NCBI RefSeq assembly: GCF_018350175.1
Contig: NC_058368.1
Span: forward strand, 234,052,001 to 234,116,000
DNA length: 64,000 nucleotides
Source: Felis catus
Lineage: Eukaryota
Direction: 5' to 3'
Shown here: one piece after another, positions 35,831 to 48,607 of the stretch
Position numbering within the stretch: the first letter of the stretch is position 1
How the letters are laid out: every line of letters starts with the position of its first letter
Made by a program: the position numbers and the translations under genes
The notes under the pieces: generated by a model
The model's database searches: none
What the model saw: the letters and a program-made list of their open reading frames with translations, nothing else
What the model was told of the DNA's origin: nothing

Positions 35831-37029
35831 TTTGTAGCATCTAACAAACTTAACAGGTGAATTCGATAAGTAAATAAGATGCCGTGTTTCTCAAATTGGC
35901 GACTCTTAGCCTTGTGCACACAACAATGTGCCGTGGGTTACTCAGCACCACAGGACGCACTCCAGAATCCACCTGTGGTACCTATCGTAGTCAAGGATGA
36001 GTAACAGAAAAAAAAACTTTATTTTAAATAAACACAGACGTAGTATGGAGCAGACATCTGAAGATAGAATATGCGCTTTGCAGACGTTTATTTTTCACAA
36101 GGATCGTATATCGCAAGGCACTCCATTCCTGCCCACTGTTTCTTTCACGCCTTCCCCTCAATCGTCTAATTCTAACCAGACACAGTTTTCTGGGACATCC
36201 CATACTTCCCTCTGCCAGTGGTGACCATTCCATGCAACATGGCTGCCCGTGGGAATCCAGCCGAGCTTCGTGAATCACAAAGCATTGCACTTTCTGTGGG
36301 GATTCTCTTAAATTTGCTCCTGAATGTAATTTCCCTGCCACAAATGGCCAGTACACTATGTGACTGTTTCGTGGCAGCTGCCACATCCTGAATAATCATG
36401 TCTGATGTGTGTGAGCACTCCCTTTCCCCTCGGTCGGCTGTAAGCAACTTGAGTTGTTAGGATTCCCTTCATTGTGCGCCTGCCCCTCCCCCCAGGGTGC
36501 AGGGCACAGAGCCTCTCCTTCACTAAGTGTTTGTTGAGGTGACTAGACCCCATGTTTCCATCAGGAAACGCCTGCCACAGGCAGTTGGAAATCATTCACC
36601 TCCTGTCACAATGACATCAATGGGAAGATAACGACCTCAAATGGGTTATTGACTACAGTTCCAGGAAAGTACCAAGAATAAAGGTTCTAATTAATCATCC
36701 AGCCACAAACTCCTAAGTTGCGGGTGGGCCCAATCTGCTTTCCCCCAGGAGGCCTATTAGCTTGGCTCAGCGTCCTTGAATAGGAGTAGTTCCAGAAGGT
36801 GAGCAACTTCTTTAATGAGCAACCTGTTTGCAACAAGACCTAATTCACACCTCAGCGTGAAAAGGAAAACTAAACAGTCTTCCTGAGGTATGAAATGACA
36901 GGCAATTTCTTATCTACTCCTGCCCTCGAAGATTCTACTAGCCTCATTTTTGTTTTGCTGACTTTTTTTGGAGACAGTTGACGTGAAGTTTTATAGGAAA
37001 CAATATTAAGAACATCAACTATTTTTTTT

Positions 37030-37850
37030 CAAAATATTTCCTGAGTACCCACTATGTACCAAAACATCAAGATGGAGCTTACTCGCAGCCAACAGTGAAA
37101 TTTGGACAACTAAAGAGGAAATTAAATACAGGCTAATATGAGACTGGAAGTACAGTTTGCTAGACGAATATATAGGAACCACGTTCAATAGGATTTGCTT
37201 GTAGCGGATAAGGGAAATCAAGGAAAAAGCCCAGCCTTTTGTCCTGATTACTCAAGGGATACTAGAAGACAAGTAGGTTCGTCCAGGGTAAGGTTGAGAA
37301 TGACAATGGAAACTTTGATGTTGAACAGGTTAAGGATGAAAGGTCATCAGGACATTCAAGCTGAAATGGACAACGAAAGGCTGAATATCAGCTCAGGAAT
37401 TCACGAAAGATCCAGATAAAGGCACATGTTTCTTAGATACAAAATAAGTACTGGTGATTGGAACAGCAGGAATGCTCCAGACCAACAGAAGATGCCTCTA
37501 GAGCAAACAGAGTAAAGAACAAGCCCAAGAGATGGGAGGGAAACCAGTAGTGATGTTATGGAAGTTGAGGAAGGAGAGTCAAGGAGAAGGGACTGGTTGT
37601 AACCAGGAAGGATGTAACCACTGAGCAACCAGGAAGGATGGGTACTGTAAGGGGTCACTGGATCTAGCCAAAAGAATCCTAGGGTGACCTGAAAGGTGTA
37701 GTATAGAGAAGAGATAGGGACAAAAGCCCATAAGGAGTGGGTGGAGACCGATAAAACACACGCAAAACAGACGAGTGTCTACTGCCCTTCTCTGAAGCCT
37801 GATGGTAGAGAAAGAGCACTTGTCATACCAGAGGGAGACTTTAGCACAAG
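37030..37850 (-). mobile_element. L2 LINE fragment(s)
   Basis: AAATATTTCCTGAGTACCCACTATGTACC tail; GGAAATCAAGGAAAAAGCCCAG; CAGGACATTCAAGCTGAAATG; CACTGGATCTAGC. Confidence 0.7.
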
Positions 37851-39387
37851 AAAGGGTTTTAAAATGACATTTGGGCCTTAAATAAATTAATAGACTTCCA
37901 AAAAAAAAAAAAAATAACCAGTAGTAAGGAAAAGAGAAAGAAGAAGCAATGCATAAAGGAAAGGGGAAGGAACTGGTTTTGAAGTTTCAGTATTTAGTTA
38001 GTCCAATATTTAGGTCATTGAATCAGCAGAACTTAGTTAACCAAGTACATCGGCCCACAGAGAACTAAAACACCAAATCACGAGAGTGGACAAGTTCATC
38101 AAACTCATTCCTTATCCTACCAATATATAATTTCTGATGGATTCAGAATTCCAGAGGTTCCATATAGGTTCTGGACCTGACTCTGGTCCACAGAGAGGCC
38201 TTGGAGAAAGTACTTCTATCCTCTGAGGGTTTCCTCACTGGAAATATGACAGGTTGGACCAGCTGCTCTACCAGGTTCTCCCTATGGGTCTCCTTCGCAT
38301 GTGAAGTGTGACCTAAGAAGGTTCTCTGCAAGCCCGTCCATGCTCCTTTCCTTCCTTTCACTCTTTTTGAGCAGATGTGGGATGCTGGCTGCTGAGCTGG
38401 AAATCCCCCAAAATCTAGAAGAGTGGATACTCTTTTCCACACTTGCTTCCTTGAGATAGGTGGGGATTTGTGGCCTTTTTGGGAGTTCAGAATGTTGGGC
38501 GCTTTTTTGCTAACGTTGACCCACTGGGTGAAAAAGCTACTCCCTTTTCATCATCCAAATTTCTTTCTTAATGTAAGCCATTTCACTTCAACTAGGCAAG
38601 AAGTGTCTCTGTTCCTCCTCATTTATTATTTCCTTCTGAGGGTCCTGGTTGTAGCTATTTTTAATGCCCAAATCATTTAATCATTTAATGCCCAGAGACC
38701 TCAATGAACTGGTTGTTCACAATTGTTCCACTCAGTACCCCCCCCCCCCCCATTTCAAAGTGTTCTCCTTCTGCAGAGAGTTCCATACATGCCCAACAAC
38801 TAGTGGTCAGGAAGTTTTTATTTTAGCTACCTCATTACACCACAAGGTCACTCCTGTAACCACCATGCTTCCTGCCATATTTGCTCTGTTGTAAATACCA
38901 TTTCACAAGATTGTGTCAATCCTGGAGGAGGGTGGGGTCCAAAGTGAAGGACTAAGCTGAGAGTAACTCACTTTTGCCGTTCTGGGACTTGCAGAAGCCT
39001 GACCTCAGATTCAATCCTATACTGTTTCTGGGATTCATTCTCATGGAAAGAGGGAGTTCACTACATGCTCCTATCACCACTGCTTGGAGTCTTCCAAAGT
39101 TCTCCATGCCTAGAATCTGACAAGATCTCTGACTCTGAAGAATAATTTTTATGTCTTCTAGTGTAAGTTCTGCCTTCTTGAATCCCCATTTCCCACCCCT
39201 GGATTAATCTCTATCTTAACTAATTGGCAATAAAAGCCCAATACTCTCAGAAGATGAGTACCCTGCATTCCATGGCCCCCAAAAGACCATCCCAATAGTA
39301 GCCCAATATTTCTGAGTATGACGGTCACCTGCCAGCTTTTAATGATATTTCCATTCTCAGGTGCAACTGTTTTCTTCAACTGCTGTT

Positions 39388-39912
39388 CTAGTCTAGATGA
39401 ATGGTTCTTGATCTAGACTATGTGGGATTATCAGTTGTGGGTCTTTGAAAGGCAGGTGACTCTGGACATACCCACTGCTCTGGACTGAATTGTCTCCCCA
39501 AATTTATACACTGAAGCCCTAACCCTTAAAGTGACTCTGTCTAGAGATAAGGCCTTTAGGAGGTAACTAAAGTACTGAATGAGGTTATATAGGTAGGACC
39601 CTAATTAAATAGAATTGTTGGCCTTACAAGAGGACGATCGATCTCTCTCTCTCTCCCTCTCTCTCCCCTAGTGAGGACAATGAGAAGGTGGCTGTCTCCA
39701 AGTCAGGAAGAGGGTCTCACCAGAACCCAACCATACTGGCACTCTGGTCTGAGGACTTGTAGCCTTCTGAACTCAGAAAGTAATTATAATTGTCCGTTAA
39801 GTCACTGTGACATGGTGTTTCATCATGGCAGCCTTAGCCCCCGGCATCTCTAGGGAGCAGTGCTAGGATAGGTGAGTCACCTCTGCAACCAGACCTGTTG
39901 ACCACTGGTGTA
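39388..39912. mobile_element. MER5-type hAT MITE split by an MLT1A LTR
   Basis: GAATGGTTCTTGATCTAGACT...; GGTGAGTCACCTCTGCAACCAGACCTGTTGACCACTG. Confidence 0.5.
39477..39842 (+). mobile_element. MaLR solo LTR (MLT1A-like)
   Basis: TGCTCTGGACTGAATTGTCTCCCCAAATTTATACACTGAAGCCCTAACCC..GTGAGGACAATGAGAAGGTGGCTGTCT..CATGGCAGCC. Confidence 0.88.
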
Positions 39913-40379
39913 GCCAGCACCTAGGCCTATTTTACTAGAGGCCTTGTGCCTCCAATAGGAAGGAAAGTCACTTCTTCCCTGAACTTTTGCTTCATTTTCA
40001 GACTTTTCCATAGCTAGCTGAGGGCTTGTATAACTTTCTTTTCCAAACGTCAGTCACTAAACTTAGGTTTTCTATCTTATCGACATCTCACTAGGCTTTT
40101 CTTCTAGTAATGCATAAGGGATTATTGGGCACGGCCATTTTTTTTTTTTTTTTTCTCCAGATCATACATCTAGCTTACCTCTCTCTTGGCTTTCTTTTAT
40201 GACAGGATTTCTTGACCTCTTTAGCTCATGGACCCTCTTAGAGAATATGAGGAAAGATAGTACTACTTTCCCTGAAAAACATACCCACGTGCATGACTAC
40301 AAATTGCATATGATTGGGGGTTCCAGAGATCATAGTTCCCCCAAGGCAAAGTTATGTCTGAAGAGTCATGATCTAAGCC

Positions 40380-40520
40380 TCTGTTCAAAGCCTGATCTTC
40401 CAATAAATAGCATCACTGAGGGCAGAATCTCAGGCCACACCCAGGACCCACTATACCAGAATCTGCACCTGAACAGGACCCCATGTGACTGTAATCACAC
40501 AGAAACTTGGGAGGCACTGT
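40380..40520. mobile_element. MER5A-like hAT MITE fragment
   Basis: GCAGAATCTCAGGCCACACCCAGGACC..CAGAATCTGCACCTGAACAGGACCCC..TTGGGAGGCACTG. Confidence 0.7.
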
Positions 40521-41952
40521 ACAGCAAGTTTTGCTAGAAACAATTAATGTATACACATAATATAAGCACACTGAGTTATTATAATTTTGTCTTATCTACC
40601 AGAGAATGGCAATAATTAACCAATTCCCACTCGGAGGGTTTTTCCAGAGGGAACAGAGAAATGAGAACAGACTATGTTACCAGTCATTTGCCACTGGGCA
40701 ACAGAGGTGGGATTCTTTATTCACACACCCTTTCCGACCTGGCCCCCTCTGTCCCCTCATTTCCATGTTTATGTTATGGATATCCCTATGGGGCGTCATT
40801 TCCTGATAAAAATATCCCTGATGCTCAGATAAGAGGGGCGCCATTAAGGTTACCAAAATAACTCTTTACTGTTCTTTGAATTTCAAGCACTAAATCAGAT
40901 GGGGAAAAAACTTATTTCTCAAAACACTTCCATATGTTCTGACAATAGGATCCCATTGTATCATTTACAAACTTCACATACCAAATTCAAAACTGTTTTT
41001 ACTTCATCTTCTTAGTGTGAAATCACCCCTAGAGTCTGACCTTCTATGAATGCGGCCACAGCTGACACATGAATCTCCTTACAGTGAGCGATGAGGGAGC
41101 CTCTTCTCTGCTCCCTGAGCGATGGAAACGTACAGCTGTCTCTTGTACATATTTTAATTAGAGATTTTTACTCTTCTGTGCCCTGAGGCTTTTTGTGAAG
41201 GGCACATTTCCTAAGTCTCATGATAAAAATAATGATATTTCATGGTGCAAATTCATGGCACACAACACAGGTGCCGGACTTTTTCCACTTGGGTTTCTGT
41301 CATGGCTGAAGGATGTCAAAGTTTGTTGTCAAGGCTGAAAGTTAGGGAGAAGAGCCGACGAAAGGAATTGAAAAGAAGCAGGGTGCATGTGTAATTTCAG
41401 AAATGCTGCCATGACCTCTAACTCCCAGTCTTTCTTTTTAGCTCTACCTAAAGACTCAGAGGCAGCACGGAAGACAAGAATCTGGTCCATGTAGGGCTGG
41501 CTACCAGTGTTGGGGTCCATACGTCTACATAGGTGGATTCCATGATTTTATGACATGAATTCCCCTCGGCAAGAGGATATTGTGTGTAGAATCCATCTTC
41601 CTTCCCTCTGTTCCACTCCCCTTCTCTGAAAGGACATTCCATGAACACTCTCTTCCCAGGACAATGCCATCCGTCCACGTACAAAAACCTCAATTCTCTG
41701 CCTGTAACTGAGTCTTCTTCTCCCACTCATTTTGAGTGGTCCCTATCTAAAACCACCCCCAAATCCTTTACATGCTCCCACAGGTGCGTGCACACGTGCA
41801 CATACACACACACTTTCAAACACTCAAAAAAATATTCAAATACTACGAGGAAATGCTTAATGCTTATACTAAGCTTCAGAAGTGAGTAGAAAGCCTACAT
41901 GTTATTTTTTGTACAGCAGGAGGTGGGAAAGGGAGAGACATAGGAATCAGGA

Positions 41953-42169
41953 TTTTTTTTTTTAAATATTTATTTATTATTGAGAGACAGTGAGAGACAG
42001 AGCATGAGCACGGGTGGGGCAGAGAGAGGAGGAGACACAGACTCCAAAGCAGGCTCCAGGCTCTGAGCCATCAGCACAGAGCCCGACGTGGGGCCAGAAC
42101 CCACAAACTGCAAGACCATGGCCTGAGCCGAAGTCAGATGCTTAACCTACTGAGCCACCTAGGTGCCCC
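41953..42169 (-). mobile_element. Can-SINE
   Basis: TSD TCAGGAT..TTTT. Confidence 0.95.
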
Positions 42170-42499
42170 TCAGGATGTGTTTTTAACCTGGAGAGATGCT
42201 GAGTCACTCTCTGCCTCAGATTCCTGGTCGAGATCTTCACTTCTGACAGAGCATTGGCCCTAAATCATGGAATTCCCATACACCCCCCAAACTGTGTGAC
42301 TATGGGCAGGTTTATAGTGTTCAACTCTTATATATTATGCATAAACTTTGAGGATATAGCTCTGTCTTGAAATATCTGTTTTAAAAATGTGACTTTTTCA
42401 ATGGTATTGTTGGGTTGTAATACTCAGAGTAATTGATGCTGGATACTAAAGCAAATGTCCTTCAGATCTTGGGGGATGAACCCCGATGCACATCTGTTT

Positions 42500-42830
42500 C
42501 TCTCTAACATGTACATCCAACGATATTGGGAGGCTTTTTCTCAGATTCGTACTCACCAGCCCAGGCTGCTTCCTCTGGTGACCCCTTCATCTTCAACATG
42601 AGCCTGCCATGGTCAGCACCCAAGAAGAAGAGACCATGGAGCGTCATGAGGGTGGCTTCATGGCCAGGCCAAGGAATTATCTACATCACTACTATCCTTG
42701 TCCCATTGGCGGGACTCAGGATTGGCCCCAACCAAACCACAAGGCAAACTGAGAAACACAGTCTTCTTACATGGCCAACGAGAGGGAAATGCACGAGGCT
42801 TCCCCTTGGGCATGCATGCCTTCCCTCTGC
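42500..42830 (-). mobile_element. Old MaLR LTR (MLT1J/K-like)
   Basis: ACATCACTACTATCCTTGTCCCATTGGCGGGACTCAG..ACCACAAGGCAAACTGAGAAACACAGTC. Confidence 0.6.
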
Positions 42831-43029
42831 ATCACTGCTTGCTGTCACATGGCGTCCAGGGACTCTCCTTGAATTGACCTTGTTTCTCAACTAAGCATTA
42901 TAAAAAACTGTCTGTAGATTTCATGAAAAGCAAACACACAAATAATCCCCCAACATATGTGCTATGGTTTCACATTTTCCTTGACATTATGTACAGGATT
43001 CGGTTTTGCTAAAACAAAAGCAAAACATG

Positions 43030-43031
<2 letters not shown>

Positions 43032-43105
<74 letters not shown>
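43032..43105. repeat. (GA)n microsatellite, ~36 units with one interruption
   Basis: Directly visible; no SINE body attached. Confidence 0.97.
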
Positions 43106-43108
<3 letters not shown>

Positions 43109-43329
43109 CCTTCTCTAAAGGAGGTTTTACAAGAATATTTTAAAACCTATCTTTCTTGTTAATCCCTAGAAGCTCCAAACAGCAAAGTCTGCATTTCACC
43201 TTTTGTCCAAATTTTAATTTTAACCACATTCTACTCACCTCCCCCAACCCCACATTCTCTCTGCTCTCCTACCAGGGACACTAAGTCCTCCCCAGCCAGT
43301 GGCCCTATTGTATACTAAAATCAAATTTA

Positions 43330-44400
43330 ATTACAACAATTTAATGCTGAAAAAAATGAATCTGTAAAAACAAAATTGAGTACAGAAGTGACCTTGAATA
43401 CACTTGTTTTAAGTCCATGTGAAAAAAGGAATTTTTAATAAATGGTGTAAGTACAAATAGTTATCTGTTCAAGAAAAGAATAGCTTTCAGGGCGCCTGGG
43501 TGGCTCAGTCGGTTAAGTGTCTGACTTGGCACAGGCCATGATCTCGTGGTTCCTGGGTTCAAGCCCCACGTCAGGCTCTGTACTGACAGCTCAGAGCCTG
43601 AAGTCTGCTTCGGATTCTGTGTCTCCCCATCTCTCTGCCCCTCCCCAACTTGTGCTCTGTCTTTTTCTGTCTCTCAAAAATAAATAAATGTTAAAAAAAA
43701 ATTAAAAGAAAAAAAGAAAGAAAAGCATAGCTTCCTCTCACTACATCACAGTAAAATTTCAGATAAAAATGTATCATCTTAAAAAGTGACATTCTAAAAA
43801 TCCTAAAAAAAGATCACAGATAAATTATTTGTAATATCAGAATAAAGAAGGCTTTTAAAAGCAGCACACAAAATCCATAGGCCATATTAATAAATTTGGC
43901 ATCATAAATGTAAAGCTCCTGTATTATAAAGATATAGAAAATCGCTTGCTAATCATTCACTTCCAGTGATTTAACATTTCACAATTTTAAAAATTCCATG
44001 CCAAAAAGAAAAGTGAGATATTCACTTTCCATTTCAAACTTTTTCTATGTTCTGTAATTTCTGAGAGACAAACCGGGAATATTTTTGAGGACTCAATTTA
44101 ATTTTCTCAAATTACAAAAAAAATGTATAATAAGTGGTCCAATATAGGCAAAGATAATAAATGGCCAATGAAAAGATGGCAAAGGGCATTGAAGGACATT
44201 TACAAAAACAGCCGACCCATCACCAATAACTGTCAAAACATTTTTAATTCAAAAGTAAAGATATGCAATTCAAAAATGCTGTTTTTACCTTTTTTTTTTT
44301 CTGGGGAAAAACATCTCAAGAAACTGCTCAAAGTTTACATTAAAAAGAACTTGTGGGGAAAGACTGACATTCACTTTTCACTTGTTTTTTTTTTTACGTT
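43330..44400 (+). mobile_element. Ancient L1ME fragments, interrupted by a Can-SINE
   Basis: TTTTAATAAATGGTG..; AAAGAAGGCTTTTAAAAGCAGCACACAAAATCCATAGGCC; AAAGATGGCAAAGGGCATTGAAG. Confidence 0.6.
43490..43717 (+). mobile_element. Can-SINE
   Basis: TSD AAGAAAAGAATAGCTT/AAGAAAAGCATAGCTT. Confidence 0.96.
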
Positions 44401-44494
44401 TGTCATTTGCAACTTTGAACATTTCTTATTTAGTTAGTTATAATTATGAAAAACCATTATGTTTGTGGTTGTCGGGATGAGACTTGGAATTAAT

Positions 44495-44519
44495 AGAATA
44501 TTCTAGAAGATTCTAGAAG
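44495..44519. promoter_or_regulatory. Perfect five-unit heat-shock element (HSF binding array)
   Basis: AGAAT ATTCT AGAAG ATTCT AGAAG = five alternating AGAAn/nTTCT pentamers; function untested. Confidence 0.55.
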
Positions 44520-44659
44520 TTAGAATCTTCACCTGAGGTATGTAAAAAGACACTTAATGACCCATCCAAATTCTTCCCAATCATATTTTACTGCAAATCC
44601 ATTAAAATCCCATGTACTATACTGGCCTTCATGGGCACAAGCTCTAATTTATGACAGCA

Positions 44660-44900
44660 CCATCACCTCCGTGGTCATTTTCAAAACTGTCCCCCGACAT
44701 CCACGTCCTTTGCAGTGTGACACTGCAGCTACTCTCATCAAGAGGATGAGCCTGTTTCTCCATCTCCGAAGCTGGCAGAGCCCAGGGTGTGTGGGGGAAA
44801 TACAACCTTCTGTCAGTCCCCAGCCTGGAGTCTCGGAACCGTTGCTGCTCATGTTTCCACTCTGGACACTCCCATGAGAGCAAGCCTGCGGTGACAGAAC
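44660..44900 (+). mobile_element. Old MaLR LTR fragment (MLT1G/H-like)
   Basis: CCACGTCCTTTGCAGTGTGACACTGCAGCTACTCTCATCAAGAGGATGAGCCTGTTTCTCCATCTC. Confidence 0.7.
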
Positions 44901-45114
44901 CGTAATTCAACAACTCGTCGTTACTCATCTCCTATGTAAAGGTATTTAAAAGGCTAATGGGAGTCCAGAGATGAAACACCTGCCCATGTGGGTCTTCCAA
45001 TCAATGGCAGAAGACAGGGTCATGCAACCTCTAGCCATGCTTCAAATTTGAGTCCAATTCGCTTCCTCCTTGAAGCAACCTTCCTCAAGTCCACACATGT
45101 TTACTCTCTGGGCC

Positions 45115-45482
45115 TGTCATGGGCTCAGTGATGCTCCCTCAAAATTCCCATGTTAAAGTCCTAATGCCCAGTGCTCAGAGGGTGACTGTATTTGGACGTG
45201 AGGTGTTCAGGAGGTAATTAAGTTAAACTGGGATCAGGAGGGTGCCCCAATCCAATATGACTGGTATCCTAATAAGAAGAGGAGCTCAGGACACAGACAC
45301 ACACAGAAGAATGACCATGTGAGGGCACAGGGAGAAGAAGGCTGTCTATACCCCAAGGAGAACAGCCTTAGGAGAGAGAAACTGGTCTTGCCAACACCTT
45401 GATCTTGGACTTCTAGCTTCTCCAGAACTGTGAGGAACAGACTTCTATTGGTTAAGACCCCAGTCTACGGTATCGGTTACCT
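45115..45482 (+). mobile_element. MaLR solo LTR (MLT1B-like)
   Basis: TGTCATGGGCT..AATCCAATATGACTGGTATCCTAATAAGAAGAGG..ACACCTTGATCTTGGACTTCTAGC..CCAGAACTGTGAG. Confidence 0.9.
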
Positions 45483-48257
45483 TGTGTGTGCTTCAGCATT
45501 TTCTTCACTGTATCGTGGGCACGCGTGGAATCTTGAGTCTCCCCTCTAGGCAGCAAGGTGCCAAGAGAGATTTTATCCCATACAGTTTTGTTTCTGTTCG
45601 ATGGAGAGGACCCATCCGCTGGAAATCTGGAGCCACCGTGCGGACACCCCAGTCCCATTCTGTGCTGACGTTCACGCATTCACTGCTGTTCCTTACAGTT
45701 CTTGGTCCCCCTTGGGGTCTAGTGGCTGGTATTTGAGCACCTGCGGTTCTTCTCTGACTCCCCCTCTTACGCCCAGGTCAGTGGTCAATGCCTGGCAGGC
45801 TCTCAACAACAGAATTGGCAGGGGAACAGAAGCCTGGGAAATGAGTATTTCCAAAGCAAGGAGATGGTGAGGCAGAGTTCTCCCTTTCCTGTACAACTAG
45901 GCTAAGGAATGGATTTTGTACGTCATAGATTTAGTTCAGATAACTGGGAAATCACACAGACCTAGGAAGCACCTTGTCCGGTTAGGTGGTAACCTGGGAT
46001 GATTCCGGAGTATCTGCACATTAGACCTAATACAGAGCCTGAAACAGGCCATGACAGTGAGGGTAATACCCCGTAAAGCCTGGAGCTACTCATACCTCCT
46101 GGAGTTGCTGACTCTGCACACCTCTGGTCCGTGTCTGTCTGCCGGTCAGACACGGAAGGGGACAATGACTATATTCAATGCCACCATCACACGTCAGCAA
46201 CTTGTCAGAGGGATGACCCTCTGTTTGGAAGCAAGAAGAGGGCGAGAACCTCGACTGGCTCTATGAAATGTGAAGTGTGGTGTCGATCTTTGGCTCATAA
46301 CTATGTTCTGGAAAAGGCAAAAACAAACTTATTGAAAACATAAAGCCACAAATGGTTACGTATCTGAGTAAAAGTTCTCCAACAGTTAGCGAAGGTACAT
46401 ATCAGACTGGTGAACATGTGATTGTCTTTTTTTTTGTCTGAGGTAATCCTTAGAGAGAATTTTGAAGACCATTTAACCAGGCAGAGCCCCCAGGCCCCCA
46501 CGAAGTTTATTCTGAACCCAGGTCTGCTCTCATCCCACGTATGCTTACGAGTCAGCCTGCGTTTTTCCTTCTTGTTCTGATCATTTCCTTCCCACGTTGC
46601 CTACTGTTTCTCCTCTCCTACTTGCAGTAACACCTCGAGTGTCTGCACGTACTCATTCCACGCCCACTGTCCCTGTCTTCCCTGGGAGGGTCACCTGTCA
46701 CCTCTGAATTTCTTACGGTTTCCTGCTTTCAGGCAACCCGGCAGAAGGTGTTTCATAGAGTAGGAGGAGCATTGTTATTCAACAGTGAAGCATCGGGACA
46801 CACGAAAACTGGGCTCTGTATGCCAATTTTAGTACAGAAAGATCGATTATACCCTTGACAATGAAGAATGATGATTTACTGTATTCTGCTACTCACGAAT
46901 GCATTGCAGACCGAGAGCTGGAGGGAGACGGTGGGAAATTAACGTAAATCGAGGTTTTGTACGTTGTCTATAGTTTGGAAAGGAGCAGTCTTTGGAAGAG
47001 CAAGTCATAAAGCACTATTACCAGATGTTTTTTTGGCAGACTTTAATTATCTCCTGCTCCCTGTCTTTTTAATGATATCCGCTGGAGACAGCGACTAATT
47101 CATGCTTCCCTGCTTTGTTATTCAGTGGAGGGGACATGCCCCTGGGATTTCAAGTCCTCCTTATGTGACTGCTATTCCCCATCAGTCTGCCTCATCAAAC
47201 AGTTACAAAACACCATCAGCAACTCTAGCAAATGGGCCAAGGGCTGGGAAGTAAAAGTGGGCAAAAACATCCTACGTGGGGACCAAAAGGTAAAAACTGT
47301 GACGACGTTAATCCGTCCAGATCACCACCACAAAACAGAATAGGGCACCGCGCACAGAGCTGAGAATTCACATTCTTCAAACACCGTGATGACTCAGCTC
47401 AACTTAAGAAATATTGAGGATTCGGAACACGTCTTCTCTCCCATCTGGAAACACTGTTCTTATTAACCAGCTGACCACAAAGCTTGCTTCTTCTGGAAAT
47501 AGCAAGGGAAATAAGAACACAGTCTTCATAGAATATGCCAAGTTAAAAAAAAAAAAACAAAAAACAACTGACTCTGCACAGAAAAAAAAAATCCTCTCAT
47601 TTCGGTCATGGCTTTTCTCGCAGCGTAATAGTGAAATTAGGTGGAAAGTAGATACAAGACTATCAAGCAATTTCTCTAATTGCAGACAAAGATGCCACAT
47701 ACGGGTTCCCAGATTTAAAACTCTTTCCTCACATTCTAATCTTTTCTAAACTTTGGCTCCATCCCAGTGTATTTCCAAATTCCCGGGTTTCTGCCAGCCC
47801 TTTCAAGGATTATTTTTAAGAGGATTCTGGCCTTTCTGTGCTTAATGAATCAGAGCCAAACTACCAGGAAAGTGGCAAGGGATGTTCCTGCTGACAACGA
47901 TTCCTTTTAGGATTGCGCTGAAAGCTTTACTGAGTCTCCGAAGAGGGTGGGAAAATGATCTGTGTTGATTCTTATAAAAATGTTTGCAAAGAAAATGTCG
48001 TTTCGTGGAGCTGATCTATAGTATGTAAATGCATGTCTTCCCAGAACGTGTGGACAGTTTATTTTGTTAAGTAAAATAAATATGTCTTCCCAAGTATTGT
48101 TTCAACTGTTAAGCTGTTTAACCAAGCTTTTCATTCTTAATAGCATGAGCATCAATATAGTCCTTTTCAACAAGTGCTCAAAATTCAATTTAAGGTGATC
48201 TGAATTAGTGAGGATTTACTACATGTATTCATTTCTCATCTTAAAAGATTAAAATGA

Positions 48258-48476
48258 GGGGTGCCTGGGTGGCTCAGTCGGTTAAGCGTCCGACTTCAGC
48301 TCAGGTCATGATCTGGCGGTCTGTGAGTTCGAGCCCCGCGTCGGGCTCTGTGCTGACGGCTCAGAGCCTGGAGCCTGTTTCAGATTCTGTGTCTCCCTCT
48401 CTCTCTGGCCCTCCCCCGTTCATGCTCTGTCTCTCTCTGTCTCAAAAATAAATAAATGTTAAAAAAAAATTTAAAA
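48258..48476 (+). mobile_element. Can-SINE (young)
   Basis: Perfect TSD AAAAGATTAAAATGA 48243-48257/48477-48491. Confidence 0.97.
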
Positions 48477-48607
48477 AAAAGATTAAAATGATTTATTAAA
48501 AATAAGATACTTGGAAGCCAAATGTGCCTTAGAAAATTGAACAATCATCACATGTCTATTCTTTTTGTTTTTTAAGGGATGAAAATCAGCAAGGATATAA
48601 AATTTTA

